In this document: positions 39,001 to 46,350 of the stretch, one piece after another
Numbering within the stretch: the stretch's first letter is position 1
Layout: each line of letters starts with the position of its first letter
From: an uncultured Bacteroidota bacterium
Lineage (GTDB): Bacteria; Bacteroidota; Bacteroidia; 2-12-FULL-35-15
Assembly (NCBI GenBank): GCA_903847205.1
Contig: CAINDA010000065.1
Span: forward strand, 1,267 to 65,266
DNA: 64,000 nucleotides
Direction of reading: 5' to 3'
Translations under genes and position numbers: made by a program
The notes under the pieces: model-generated
The model's input: only the letters and a program-made list of their open reading frames with translations
Told to the model about the DNA's origin: nothing
Databases searched by the model: none

Positions 39001-40239
39001 CCGGGAGCAAGCGCAGGAACATATACTGCAGCGCCGGCAGGGTTAGTATTTGTAAATGTTAATACCGGCCAGATTAACTTAGCATTAAGTGCACCTGGCA
39101 CTTACACCGTTACTAATACTATTCCGGTAAGCGGAACCTGCGGTGCAGTGAGTGCAACATCAACTGTAATTATACATGGAGCGCCAACTGCTATTGCAAC
39201 TATTGTATCGCATAATATCTGCACAGGATCATCTGCTTCAATTGCTTTAACAAGTTCAACAAGCGGAGCAAATTTTACATGGACAGTGATTGAAACAGGA
39301 TTGACTGGTGCTTCATCAGGAACAGGGGCAAGTATTTCGCAGGTATTAACATTAACTCCTCCCGGTACTGTTACCGGCAGTGCAGTTTACACTATTACTC
39401 CTTCGGCTAACGGATGCATAGGCTTACCGATAACTGTGCCTGTAACCCTTCATCCGATACCCAAAGTGGATACTTCTGCAGTTGTTATAACACCTGCAAA
39501 TTGCGGAAGTGAAACGGGTAAGATATCTGGTATTTCTATGTCCATCGGGCAGAGTCCTTTTCATTATGTCTGGAAAGATTCGGCGGGTACAGTTGTCGGC
39601 GACAGCGCTGTTTTAAGGAATGTTGCTCAGGGAAAATATACGCTGACTGTTACTGATTCAAGCGGCTGTTCAATTTCTACCGGTATATTTGTTGTAACTT
39701 CTACCGCCCCTGTAGTTGCTGCGTTTACTTCAAATCCTATAACCGGCGAAACTCCTTTAACGGTTAATTTTACCAACGCCAGCTCAAACAGTGCAGTTAA
39801 TTATATATGGCATTTTGGTACAGGTGATTCATCTATAGCTGTGAACCCAACTTATACTTATGTTCCTTTGGGCAATTTTATTGTCTGCCTGAAAGCTGAT
39901 AACGGTTTTGGATGCTGGGATACAGCCTGTGCTAAAATTGATGTGTTTATAAATTCGGTGTTTATAATTCCAAATGTATTTACTCCTAATGGCGACGGTG
40001 TTAATGACGTATTTACTGTACATGCTGTGGGGTTGAAAACTTTAGACGCAGAAGTATATAACCGCTGGGGAGAAAAGGAATTCGAATGGCATTCAACTAA
40101 TGGGGGATGGGATGGTTATACTGCAAGCGGGGTGCCTGCGCCTGCCGGCACATATTATTACATAATAAGCGCAACAGGAATAGATGCTAAGAAATACGCT
40201 GAAAAAGGTGCATTTACTTTGATAAGGGCAGGTAAATAA
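33073..40239 (+). CDS. Giant SprB-like cell-surface adhesin with T9SS type B C-terminal domain (2388 aa), paralog of the gene at 27242-32395
   Basis: It has the same architecture as the first adhesin: a Cys-rich head, about 25 Ig-like modules of the same two types, an SprB-type repeat 'CGSETGKISGI…PFHYVWKD…TLTVTDSSGC', a PKD-like segment and the CTD 'IPNVFTPNGDGVNDVF…YNRWGEKEFEW…GAFTLIR'. Confidence 0.8.
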   Translation: MNMKNKIFISLFLLVAASCSVFSQTANTTITYGGFQACGGCDLCGADYWCVNSQPSYCGNTAACRTDNFFDPVPAGNIITGVSIVFWAEDGWPGACSSVNTSINSAVIGNGAVSSFSQCSTCTSLTLSNSYSCPTGLPGYNYGGNNGFTLCPNGSFCIQRAVITFTYTVASVAPTGATASPNPICSGAVTLNRIGGSLGTGSSWNWYSGSCGGTFVGTGSSISVSPASTTTYYVRASGGCGTTACASVTVTVNTPSLPPTSATASPNPTCGGATTLTEVGGTLGSGAVYNWYTGSCGGSLVGTGASISVSPSSTTIYYVLASGTCNITPCATVTVTVNSFSTAPSSASASPSTVCAGVATTLTETGGSLGAGAIYNWYSGSCGGTLVGTGPSISVSPSSTTNYYVRAQGTCNTTACAMVTVTANQVPFATATPSAPTICSGNATAIVLNSFTPGTSFSWTVTQSGVTGAVAGNGATIAQTLSVLGTTPGTATYTVTPVAAGCIGFPITVVVTVNPIPVATATPATQTICSGAAPAIVLTSNITGTLFNWTVVQTGVSGASTSSGSTIADVLTATGVTAGTAVYSVTPVAGGCPGIPITVTITVNPSPIAIATPSSQTFCSGSTTGIVLTSNVAGASFTWTVVQTGVSGGAPGTGLTIADVLNTTGSSAGTAVYTITPSANTCPGTPITVTINVNKMDSTSFSYSATTFCQTGVDPAPTITGLPGGVFSSTAGLVFISTATGLVDLSLSTLGTYIITYATNGICPNTGTQTLTITGAPAAGFSYPASPFCQFAANPSPTFAAGAFGGVFSSLPAGLSFVNTNTGVINLLTSLPGTYTIKNVIAASGGCAADSATSTVTINPTPIATATLSPDTICSGTATSIVLGSSLAGTSYGWTVVQTNAVGGATGGGPTIIQTLTTTGAGAGTVVYSITPTVGTCIGSPIKDTVTVNAITIATATPPTQAFCSGGTTAIALTGNIPGTTFTWAASESGVTGALFGFGNTIAQTLTAAGTSPGTAVYTVTPSSNGCLGNGINVTITVNPADNSSFNYTSATYCQSGSPQSPSITGLPGGVFSSVPAGLSINASTGTINLSTSALNAYTLTYTTNGICPSSTSIIMTITNSNPSANFSYPGSPFCQNGTNPHPVYTAGSSAGIFSAVPAGLTFVNLNTGEINLGLSAPGVYTVTNTIPASGTCLGTSAVTTVTITPSDNAAFSYTSATYCISGPNQSPTISGLHGGTFHSSPAGLAIDTTTGVISLSTSVLGTYVLSYSTHGPCPNTSSILMTIDSVSPSGDFHFSNVSYCQNASNPSPVFNSGSSAGSFSSTPSGLVFVQINTGQIDLAASGPGTYIVTNTIPASGNCSASVTTATVTITRLDNASFVYSSATYCTTGPNETPTITGLPGGVFTSTPVGLLINPATGTINLAGSAVGSYILSYTTNGACHNTSHITMTITTNTVFASFSYPSSTYCQNGTNPFPIFAAGASAGVFTVTPIGLAFVHINTGQVDLAGSTPGTYTVTNTIPASGGCAAVVATSTITISPSDNASFFYPSATYCTTGTPQTPTITGLAGGTFSSTPAGLNINPATGVITLTSSALGVYTLTYTTNGSCPNSTSITMTITNTTPFANFGYPASPFCQNGGNPFPTFGPGASAGIFTSAPAGLVFVQVNTGEIDLTACTPGTYTVTNTIPASGTCGAVTATTTVVIGASDNASFVYSSATYCLTGPNQTPVITGLPGGVFSSIPPGLSVNPATGAIDLTTSSVGAYTLRYSTNGACPNTSSIVMTITNSPNLAGFSYAGSPYCQNAANPYPTFVSGASAGFFTASPAGLVFIHVNTGQLNLSASTPGTYTVTNTIPAGGGCAAVTATSTVTITAADNAAFTYPSATYCTSGNPQTPTITGLLGGTFSAIPIGLALNPSTGTINLALSALGAYTLTYTTNGVCPNSSSITMTITNTTPFASFSYPASPFCQLGNNPFPTFGPGASAGTYTAAPAGLVFVNVNTGQINLALSAPGTYTVTNTIPVSGTCGAVSATSTVIIHGAPTAIATIVSHNICTGSSASIALTSSTSGANFTWTVIETGLTGASSGTGASISQVLTLTPPGTVTGSAVYTITPSANGCIGLPITVPVTLHPIPKVDTSAVVITPANCGSETGKISGISMSIGQSPFHYVWKDSAGTVVGDSAVLRNVAQGKYTLTVTDSSGCSISTGIFVVTSTAPVVAAFTSNPITGETPLTVNFTNASSNSAVNYIWHFGTGDSSIAVNPTYTYVPLGNFIVCLKADNGFGCWDTACAKIDVFINSVFIIPNVFTPNGDGVNDVFTVHAVGLKTLDAEVYNRWGEKEFEWHSTNGGWDGYTASGVPAPAGTYYYIISATGIDAKKYAEKGAFTLIRAGK

Positions 40240-40261
40240 AATTTAATATTTGTTTGAAAAG

Positions 40262-40298
40262 AAAACATCAGCAGTTTATACTGCTGATGTTTTTTTGT
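40262..40298 (+). terminator. Rho-independent terminator
   Basis: 'aacatcagcag-tttata-ctgctgatgtt' is followed by a T-run, 20 nt after the stop of the giant gene. Confidence 0.8.
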
Positions 40299-40360
40299 TT
40301 TAAAATACTTCTGGAGAAATTCGATTTTTTTTTGTGCAGCCTGGTTTAAAACGGATTTTA

Positions 40361-40906
40361 TTATTTCCAATTATTTAATTTTTTCAATTGTGTTATATGT
40401 GCCAGATGATGCTCACAATGCCAGGAATAAAATCCCATAATTTCCTGCAGTGAAATTTCTCTTTCATATTCGGGATGGAAAAAATTTCTTTCAAGTTCTT
40501 TTTTTGTCAGCGCGTTTAATAAAACTGTCCAGCGATTATGAAGCCCTTCGAGAAGCATTAAACTTGGTTCAATAGCCATATTGAGGGAATCTGGCAGTTC
40601 TGCCCATTTAGCTTCCTGGTATGGTTTTATTGTTGGATTATCTTCGGTTAGCGCGAGCTTAAATCTTACGAAACTGTTTATATGGCTGTCGGCACAATGA
40701 TGTACCACTTGTTTTATAGTCCAGCCTTGAGGCCTGTAGGGGGTGTTTAATTGTTTTTCATTTAAATGAGAAGTTTCTGTTTTTAACTTGGCGGGGAAGT
40801 GAGAAATAATTTGAATATATTTTTCTATAATTTCTTTTGAATATTTTTCTGGTTTTTCAAAAGGGCCGATTGGGAAACGTAATTTGTTTAGTTCTTTTTT
40901 TGTCAT
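40361..40906 (-). CDS. DinB/YfiT-like putative metal-dependent hydrolase (DinB_2 family)
   Basis: Contains 'VVHHCADSHINSFVRFKLAL' and the C-terminal 'WHCEHHLAHI', giving the His triad pattern of the DinB_2/YfiT family. Confidence 0.65.
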   Translation of the reverse strand: MTKKELNKLRFPIGPFEKPEKYSKEIIEKYIQIISHFPAKLKTETSHLNEKQLNTPYRPQGWTIKQVVHHCADSHINSFVRFKLALTEDNPTIKPYQEAKWAELPDSLNMAIEPSLMLLEGLHNRWTVLLNALTKKELERNFFHPEYEREISLQEIMGFYSWHCEHHLAHITQLKKLNNWK

Positions 40907-41233
40907 TGGGGTATTTATTTTATGTTCAAGGTTTTGTTGTTTTTGATTTAACGCCTGAGAAACACTCTTGGGTTTGAACTTATGTTTGATGAGGAATTGA
41001 TTTTATCATAAGTTTATTTTCAATATTTGAGATTTTTCCAGAAAAATCTTCGACTTATAAAATTCTGCATAGAATGAAATTGTGCCAGATGAGCCATTGA
41101 GTAATTATGAAATGTATCGAGAATTAAATCCCTTTTATTTTTTGTTACTTATCATAATAGAATATGATAGATGTCATGTTTTTAAATTATATTTGCTTCG
41201 ATTAATCCTCTGAAATTATAGATAGAATTAAAT

Positions 41234-42835
41234 ATGAAACAAAGGTACTTCAAATTTTATTTATTTGTCATTCTTTCCGGATGCTTGGTAAACGGTTCTT
41301 ACAGCCAATGCGCCACTACTAATTTTGCCGGGAATTTCACTCAAAATACTTCTGCATTTCTTTCGGGAATCTATATTGTTGCCGGTACATTTTATGTTCC
41401 GGCAGGAGTAACAATATTTGTTCAGCCCTTTGCAACGGGTAGCTGCGGTAAATTTGAAGTGCATGCAAACAAAATAATTATTGAAGGGATAATAAACGGT
41501 GATTTTGCCGGATATTCCGGAGGTGCAGGCGGGAGCGGAGGCATAGCTGTTACCAGCTTAACAGGCGATGTTGTTGCGCTTAATACCTGCAGCAATGCTG
41601 ATTTAACTGGTCAGGTAACTGTGCAGGGAGGTAAAGGAGGAATTACTGGAAATGGTGTAGGAGGTGGTATTTGCGGAGGAAATGGATCAGATGGTTCTGG
41701 GCCCAAACAGCAATGTTTATCAACTGATGAAGCTGGAATGATAGGTAGCGGCGGCGGCGGCGGAGGTGGAGGAGGAGGGAGTTACGGCGGTATTGCATCT
41801 TACGGCGGCGACGGCGGCGACGGCACTGATTTTTATCAGGCAACAACTGTTAATGTTTCAACTGGATTTGTTGTAGTTGCTGGCCCCGGCGGTTTGGGCG
41901 GAGTCGCCGGTCTGCCATACGGGACAGCTGCGGGCACCGATATTGAATTAGGTGCAGGAGGTGCAGGAGGCGGAGGGGGAGCACGTTCATTTGATGTAGG
42001 ATTAACTGGAAATGAAGGAGGCGCGGGTGGCGGAATGGTTAAACTTTTTGCAACTGATACAATAAAAGTGAGCGGAACAGTCACCGTCAACGGGAAAAAT
42101 GGGCAGACTGGCGGAGATGGAGGAAACGGAGGCCAATCTCCAAAATGCTGCACCGACCCCTGTGATGATTGTGGTGAGACAACTCTTTCATGCGGTGCAG
42201 GCGGTGGCGGAGGAGCAGGCGGAGGTTCTGGAGGCGGGATATATATAGAAACACAGAACTATGCTTCTATTACCGGAACACTCAGTTCAAAAGGAGGTAA
42301 CGGAGGAGTAGGCGGATTGAAAGGCATGGGAGCCAGCTGTGCATATACTGGGGGTGTTTTCTGCGGCAACGATCAAACAATTGTCAGCGGTGACGGAGAT
42401 GCCGGCAAAAAAGGCGGAGGAGGAAGCGGCGGACGCATTAAAATATTTTCTCCGGACTGCTTCAACTCAATTATAACCCCCGTTAATATTATTTCAGGCG
42501 GCACAGGAGTGGATTCTGCTTCAGCAGGCACCTATTTTTTAGGCTGTCTTACAACAACAATTGATGAGCTCTCTTATCATACTTTCGACCTTGTAGTTTA
42601 TCCAAACCCGGCACAAAATGAAATAGTGCTTAAATTTAAAAACAATATATTGGCCAATAGCGTAGGCTGTTTTATCATTTATGATATCAGCGGACGTGAA
42701 ATTAAACAAGTGGTGTGTAAATTAAATCAGGATTCAGAGCAGACAATTATTATTTCTGATTTAAGCAAAGGCATCTACACCATTTATCTTACTGCTGAAG
42801 GAAAAAAACTTCATCAAAAATTCATAAAAAACTAA
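41234..42835 (+). CDS. Glycine-rich secreted protein with T9SS type A C-terminal sorting domain
   Basis: Signal peptide. Long GGxGG tracts run through the mature region. The CTD reads 'LVVYPNPAQNEIVLKF…IYDISGREIKQV…GIYTIYLTAEGKKLHQKFIKN'. Confidence 0.65.
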   Translation: MKQRYFKFYLFVILSGCLVNGSYSQCATTNFAGNFTQNTSAFLSGIYIVAGTFYVPAGVTIFVQPFATGSCGKFEVHANKIIIEGIINGDFAGYSGGAGGSGGIAVTSLTGDVVALNTCSNADLTGQVTVQGGKGGITGNGVGGGICGGNGSDGSGPKQQCLSTDEAGMIGSGGGGGGGGGGSYGGIASYGGDGGDGTDFYQATTVNVSTGFVVVAGPGGLGGVAGLPYGTAAGTDIELGAGGAGGGGGARSFDVGLTGNEGGAGGGMVKLFATDTIKVSGTVTVNGKNGQTGGDGGNGGQSPKCCTDPCDDCGETTLSCGAGGGGGAGGGSGGGIYIETQNYASITGTLSSKGGNGGVGGLKGMGASCAYTGGVFCGNDQTIVSGDGDAGKKGGGGSGGRIKIFSPDCFNSIITPVNIISGGTGVDSASAGTYFLGCLTTTIDELSYHTFDLVVYPNPAQNEIVLKFKNNILANSVGCFIIYDISGREIKQVVCKLNQDSEQTIIISDLSKGIYTIYLTAEGKKLHQKFIKN

Positions 42836-42841
42836 TTTCTG

Positions 42842-44707
42842 GTGATGCGAAAACTGATTGTTTTTCTTAGTGTGATTTTTTATTCTTTCTTCTGTCCGGA
42901 CATTTTCAGCCAGGGCAGGTCTGTTCCTACTATAACACCCTGCCTGAAACCTTTTTACCATGGTGTTGCTTCAGGGGATCCATTAACTGACCGGGTAATT
43001 CTCTGGACCAGAGTAACACCTGATATTAATCAAAACGGACCCATCATAGTTTATTGGAAAATAGCAACAGATACTAATATGATTAATCTCGTTGGGGACG
43101 GAACTGTAATTGCAGAATCCACCTCGGATTATACAGTTAAAATAGATGCTATAGGATTATTACCCAACACATTTTATTTTTATCAATTCTCAACTGGGGG
43201 GTATTCCTCCGTAATAGGGCGCACGAAAACCGCACCAACAGGCAATGTTGACAGCCTGCGTTTTGCAGTTGTATCATGTGCTAATTATGAATCAGGGTTT
43301 TTCAATGTTTATAAAAGTTTAAGGCTCCGAAACGATTTTGATGCGGTTCTTGCTCTGGGAGATTATATTTATGAATATGAATCAGGTGAATATGGTCCTA
43401 ATCCTGTTGCAGACAGACAATGGCTGCCGACGAATGAAATTTTAACTTTAGCTGATTACCGTGCTCGTTATTCGACTTACCGGTTAGATGATGATTTAAG
43501 AAATTTGCACCAGCAGTTTCCTTTTATTATAGTTTGGGATGATCATGAATTCGCTGATAATGCCTGGATGAATGGTGCCGCAAATCATCAGCCATGGGAA
43601 GGCAGCTGGGCTGTGCGTAAGGCAAGTGCTAAGGAAGCTTTTTTTGAGTGGCTGCCAATACGTGTTACCGGTACAAATGATCCTTACCAGGTTTTTAGAG
43701 ACATTAAGTATGGAAACCTCGCAGAATTTATAGTGTTGGATACGCGTATTCACGGGCGTGATGAGCAGGATGGAACAACAGGTGCTACTGTAAATGATCC
43801 AAACCGCCAAATGCTGGGCACAGACCAGTTTACCTGGTTAGGAGATAGGCTCGATCAAAGCACTGCCCGCTGGAAAATGCTTGTTCAGGAGGTAATGATG
43901 GCGCCATTGACAGTAGGGGGCTACGCCGTTAATGAGGATCAGTGGGATGGATACCCTGCAGAAAGAGAAAGAGTTTTTAATCATATACTTTCTCATAATA
44001 TCAAAAATGTTGTTGTTCTCACTGGCGACATTCATACATCCTGGGCAAATGACCTGCCCACGGCAACCTATAACAGCTCTAACGGTGCTGGATCTGCCGG
44101 TGTTGAGTTTGTTGGGCCGAGTGTTACTGCCCCGCCCGAACATTTTATTACCGGCACTGCAACAGCAATTATGGCTGTGAACGGGCATATCAAATATGCT
44201 GAGTTATATCACCATGGTTATATGATTTTGGATATTAGAAGAACCCGCACTCAGTGTGATTGGTATTATGTGAACACAGTTGATTCGGCTTCTTCATCAT
44301 TTTATTACGGCGCTTCGTTTTATACAAATTATCTTACCAGATTTTTAGTGGAAGGCAACGCTGCGGCCGTTCCGCGCGCCTCGGTTTTTAAATATCAAAC
44401 ATCCACTTGCCCCCATTACATAACGACGGGGACTAAAAGCAGTGATGAGCTGCCTGTTTTTTTAAGTATTTATCCCAATCCTGCTTCTGACAGAATATTT
44501 ATGCAATACTATACAGCTGATAAGGGAATAGTTGATATTAAATTATATGATATGGGTGGAAAGGTAGTGCAGTCTTTTGATCAGGGGGAAAAAGATAAAG
44601 GAGTTTATCAAACTATACTGTGCATCGCTGCTTTGCCGAATCAAACATATTACGTTGAAATAAATTCTCCTGGAGGATCGTCAAGAACAAAAATTGTAAA
44701 AAATTAA
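42842..44707 (+). CDS. PhoD-like phosphatase (metallophosphatase) with T9SS type A C-terminal sorting domain
   Basis: Contains 'FRFAVVSCANYESGFFNVYKSL', 'ALGDYIYEYE' and 'VWDDHEFADN', which are PhoD-family signatures. The CTD reads 'LSIYPNPASDRIFMQYY…IKLYDMGGKVV…YYVEINSPGG…KIVKN'. Confidence 0.75.
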   Translation: MMRKLIVFLSVIFYSFFCPDIFSQGRSVPTITPCLKPFYHGVASGDPLTDRVILWTRVTPDINQNGPIIVYWKIATDTNMINLVGDGTVIAESTSDYTVKIDAIGLLPNTFYFYQFSTGGYSSVIGRTKTAPTGNVDSLRFAVVSCANYESGFFNVYKSLRLRNDFDAVLALGDYIYEYESGEYGPNPVADRQWLPTNEILTLADYRARYSTYRLDDDLRNLHQQFPFIIVWDDHEFADNAWMNGAANHQPWEGSWAVRKASAKEAFFEWLPIRVTGTNDPYQVFRDIKYGNLAEFIVLDTRIHGRDEQDGTTGATVNDPNRQMLGTDQFTWLGDRLDQSTARWKMLVQEVMMAPLTVGGYAVNEDQWDGYPAERERVFNHILSHNIKNVVVLTGDIHTSWANDLPTATYNSSNGAGSAGVEFVGPSVTAPPEHFITGTATAIMAVNGHIKYAELYHHGYMILDIRRTRTQCDWYYVNTVDSASSSFYYGASFYTNYLTRFLVEGNAAAVPRASVFKYQTSTCPHYITTGTKSSDELPVFLSIYPNPASDRIFMQYYTADKGIVDIKLYDMGGKVVQSFDQGEKDKGVYQTILCIAALPNQTYYVEINSPGGSSRTKIVKN

Positions 44708-44736
44708 TTTCTAATTTGAAAAAAGGTAAGCGGGTT

Positions 44737-45273
44737 CTAAGTTTTAATTTTTTTTATTAACCTCATCAATAAAATAAAGGCTGCACTTGGTATTCCAATC
44801 CAGATGAGCTCGCTTTTAATAACTCTCAAGCCCCATTCACTGAAAAATTTACCGGCACCTATAGGTGATACCTGTATTGGTCTCCAAGGGAAAAAGAATC
44901 TCGTATTATTGAATGGTGAGAAGAAAGCTACACCCAAACCCCCGCTGGTCATAGCATCCAGAATACCATGAGAGGCTGCGCAAAAGCTGAAAAATAAAAT
45001 ATACGTCCATCCTTTCAGCGTTAAAAAAGATTGTTTGTAAAATAATAAATTTATGATAATCCCCAGAAGTACTGCAAACACTATTGAATGTGTGAAACCT
45101 CTATGCCCCCAGAAACTTTGATAAGCTACCCCGAATTTGAATCCCAGTACATCGGCATCAGGGATAATGGAGCAGAAGATGCCAAGCATAAAAAATTTAA
45201 AGTCGGCAGTTTTTTTGGAATAGCCGTTTCCTATTGCTGCTGCTGCAATTGCATGACCGAATGCTGATGCCAT
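44737..45273 (-). CDS. Membrane-bound metal-dependent hydrolase (YdjM/DUF457-like)
   Basis: The N-terminus 'MASAFGHAIAAAAIG…IIPDADVLGF…GHRGFTHS' is typical of the DUF457 inner-membrane hydrolase family. Confidence 0.55.
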   Translation of the reverse strand: MASAFGHAIAAAAIGNGYSKKTADFKFFMLGIFCSIIPDADVLGFKFGVAYQSFWGHRGFTHSIVFAVLLGIIINLLFYKQSFLTLKGWTYILFFSFCAASHGILDAMTSGGLGVAFFSPFNNTRFFFPWRPIQVSPIGAGKFFSEWGLRVIKSELIWIGIPSAAFILLMRLIKKIKT

Positions 45274-45369
45274 TTTTTTAGGGATAGAAAATCAAATGTT
45301 TAAATGAGTTTTATAACTCACCTTCTGATTGAAATAGAGAACCGGTATCTATAGTCTGGTTAGGCTTAA

Positions 45370-45879
45370 TCATTGCTTCCGCCTGACGGCATAAACTAAT
45401 TCATCAATGTATTCTCCATTTTTGAATAAGGATTTTTCGAAACGTGCTTCCAGCTTAAAACCTGCTTTCTCAAGCACTCTCTGAGATGCTTTATTTGTTC
45501 CGAAAGGTCTGGCAAAAATTCTGTTTATTTCAAAATTCTTAAAACCATAATCAACTATCTGCAGTACTGCTTTTGTTATTATGCCATGTCCCCAAAATGG
45601 CTCTGCCAGCCAGTATCCCAGCTCTGCGTTTTTACGGTGAATGTCTGTCTGAGGGTGTATTCCGATGCCTCCGGCAGCCTGACCGTTAATATCAATTGCA
45701 AAAATGTGAAGCGGGGAACCTTTAGAAGCAGCAGCAATAAAAGCTTTGCCGTTTTCAGAAGTGTAGGGATGAGGAAACTGATCGGTCATAAATTTTGCAA
45801 TTTCAGTATTATCTGCAAATGTTACGAGGCTGTTTAAATCAGCAGTAGTCCATGGTCTGAGGGTGAAATTATATTTCAT
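45370..45879 (-). CDS. GNAT family N-acetyltransferase (RimJ/RimL-like)
   Basis: Contains 'AELGYWLAEPFWGHGIITKAV' and 'RIFARPFGTNKASQRVLEKAGF', the GNAT A and B motifs. Confidence 0.75.
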   Translation of the reverse strand: MKYNFTLRPWTTADLNSLVTFADNTEIAKFMTDQFPHPYTSENGKAFIAAASKGSPLHIFAIDINGQAAGGIGIHPQTDIHRKNAELGYWLAEPFWGHGIITKAVLQIVDYGFKNFEINRIFARPFGTNKASQRVLEKAGFKLEARFEKSLFKNGEYIDELVYAVRRKQ

Positions 45880-46278
45880 TTATTGAACCCTTTGGCCGGT
45901 TTTATCCATAAAATATTCCTGGCCGTTTATTCTCACTTTAGCAATGCCGTTCTTAAATTCATAAATCCAATCGAAGGCGGGTTTAATAATTATGGAGCCG
46001 TTTGAACTCATCAAACCCCATTTTTGATCCATCCTGACACGTGCTATTCCGTCCGAAAAATTTTCTACTTCATTATATCTCAAAGGTATTACTTCTGTTC
46101 CGGCAGTATCAATATAACCCCACTTCTGCTTCAGTTTTACTTTTGCAAGGCCGTTACAGTAAGGCCCCATAAAATCGTATTTACCTTTTTTCTGAGCTTT
46201 GTATTTCTGTGCATCGCATACTTGAATAGAAATTGCAAATACACAAAAAAGTAAAAAACATTTGTGTGCGAGTTTCAT
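45880..46278 (-). CDS. WG-repeat containing secreted protein
   Basis: Signal peptide. Repeats 'KWGYID..G', 'KWGLMSSNG' and 'NGIAKV' are present. It directly abuts the GNAT gene. Confidence 0.6.
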   Translation of the reverse strand: MKLAHKCFLLFCVFAISIQVCDAQKYKAQKKGKYDFMGPYCNGLAKVKLKQKWGYIDTAGTEVIPLRYNEVENFSDGIARVRMDQKWGLMSSNGSIIIKPAFDWIYEFKNGIAKVRINGQEYFMDKTGQRVQ

Positions 46279-46350
46279 TGTTAATTTTTTTGTTTTCTGT
46301 ATTTTTCTTTAATGGTGGTGAGGATGGCGCAGGCCATCCCCGGAAATAAA

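Noticed and set aside
27242-40239. Numerous 60-130-aa ORFs on both strands inside the two giant adhesin genes
   Set aside because: They are embedded in long uninterrupted high-quality ORFs with a signal peptide and CTD. They are by-products of the repetitive Gly/Thr/Ser/Ala codon usage.
41836-42153. 105-aa proline-rich ORF on the minus strand
   Set aside because: It is the antisense of GGN-rich codons in the Gly-rich T9SS cargo gene.
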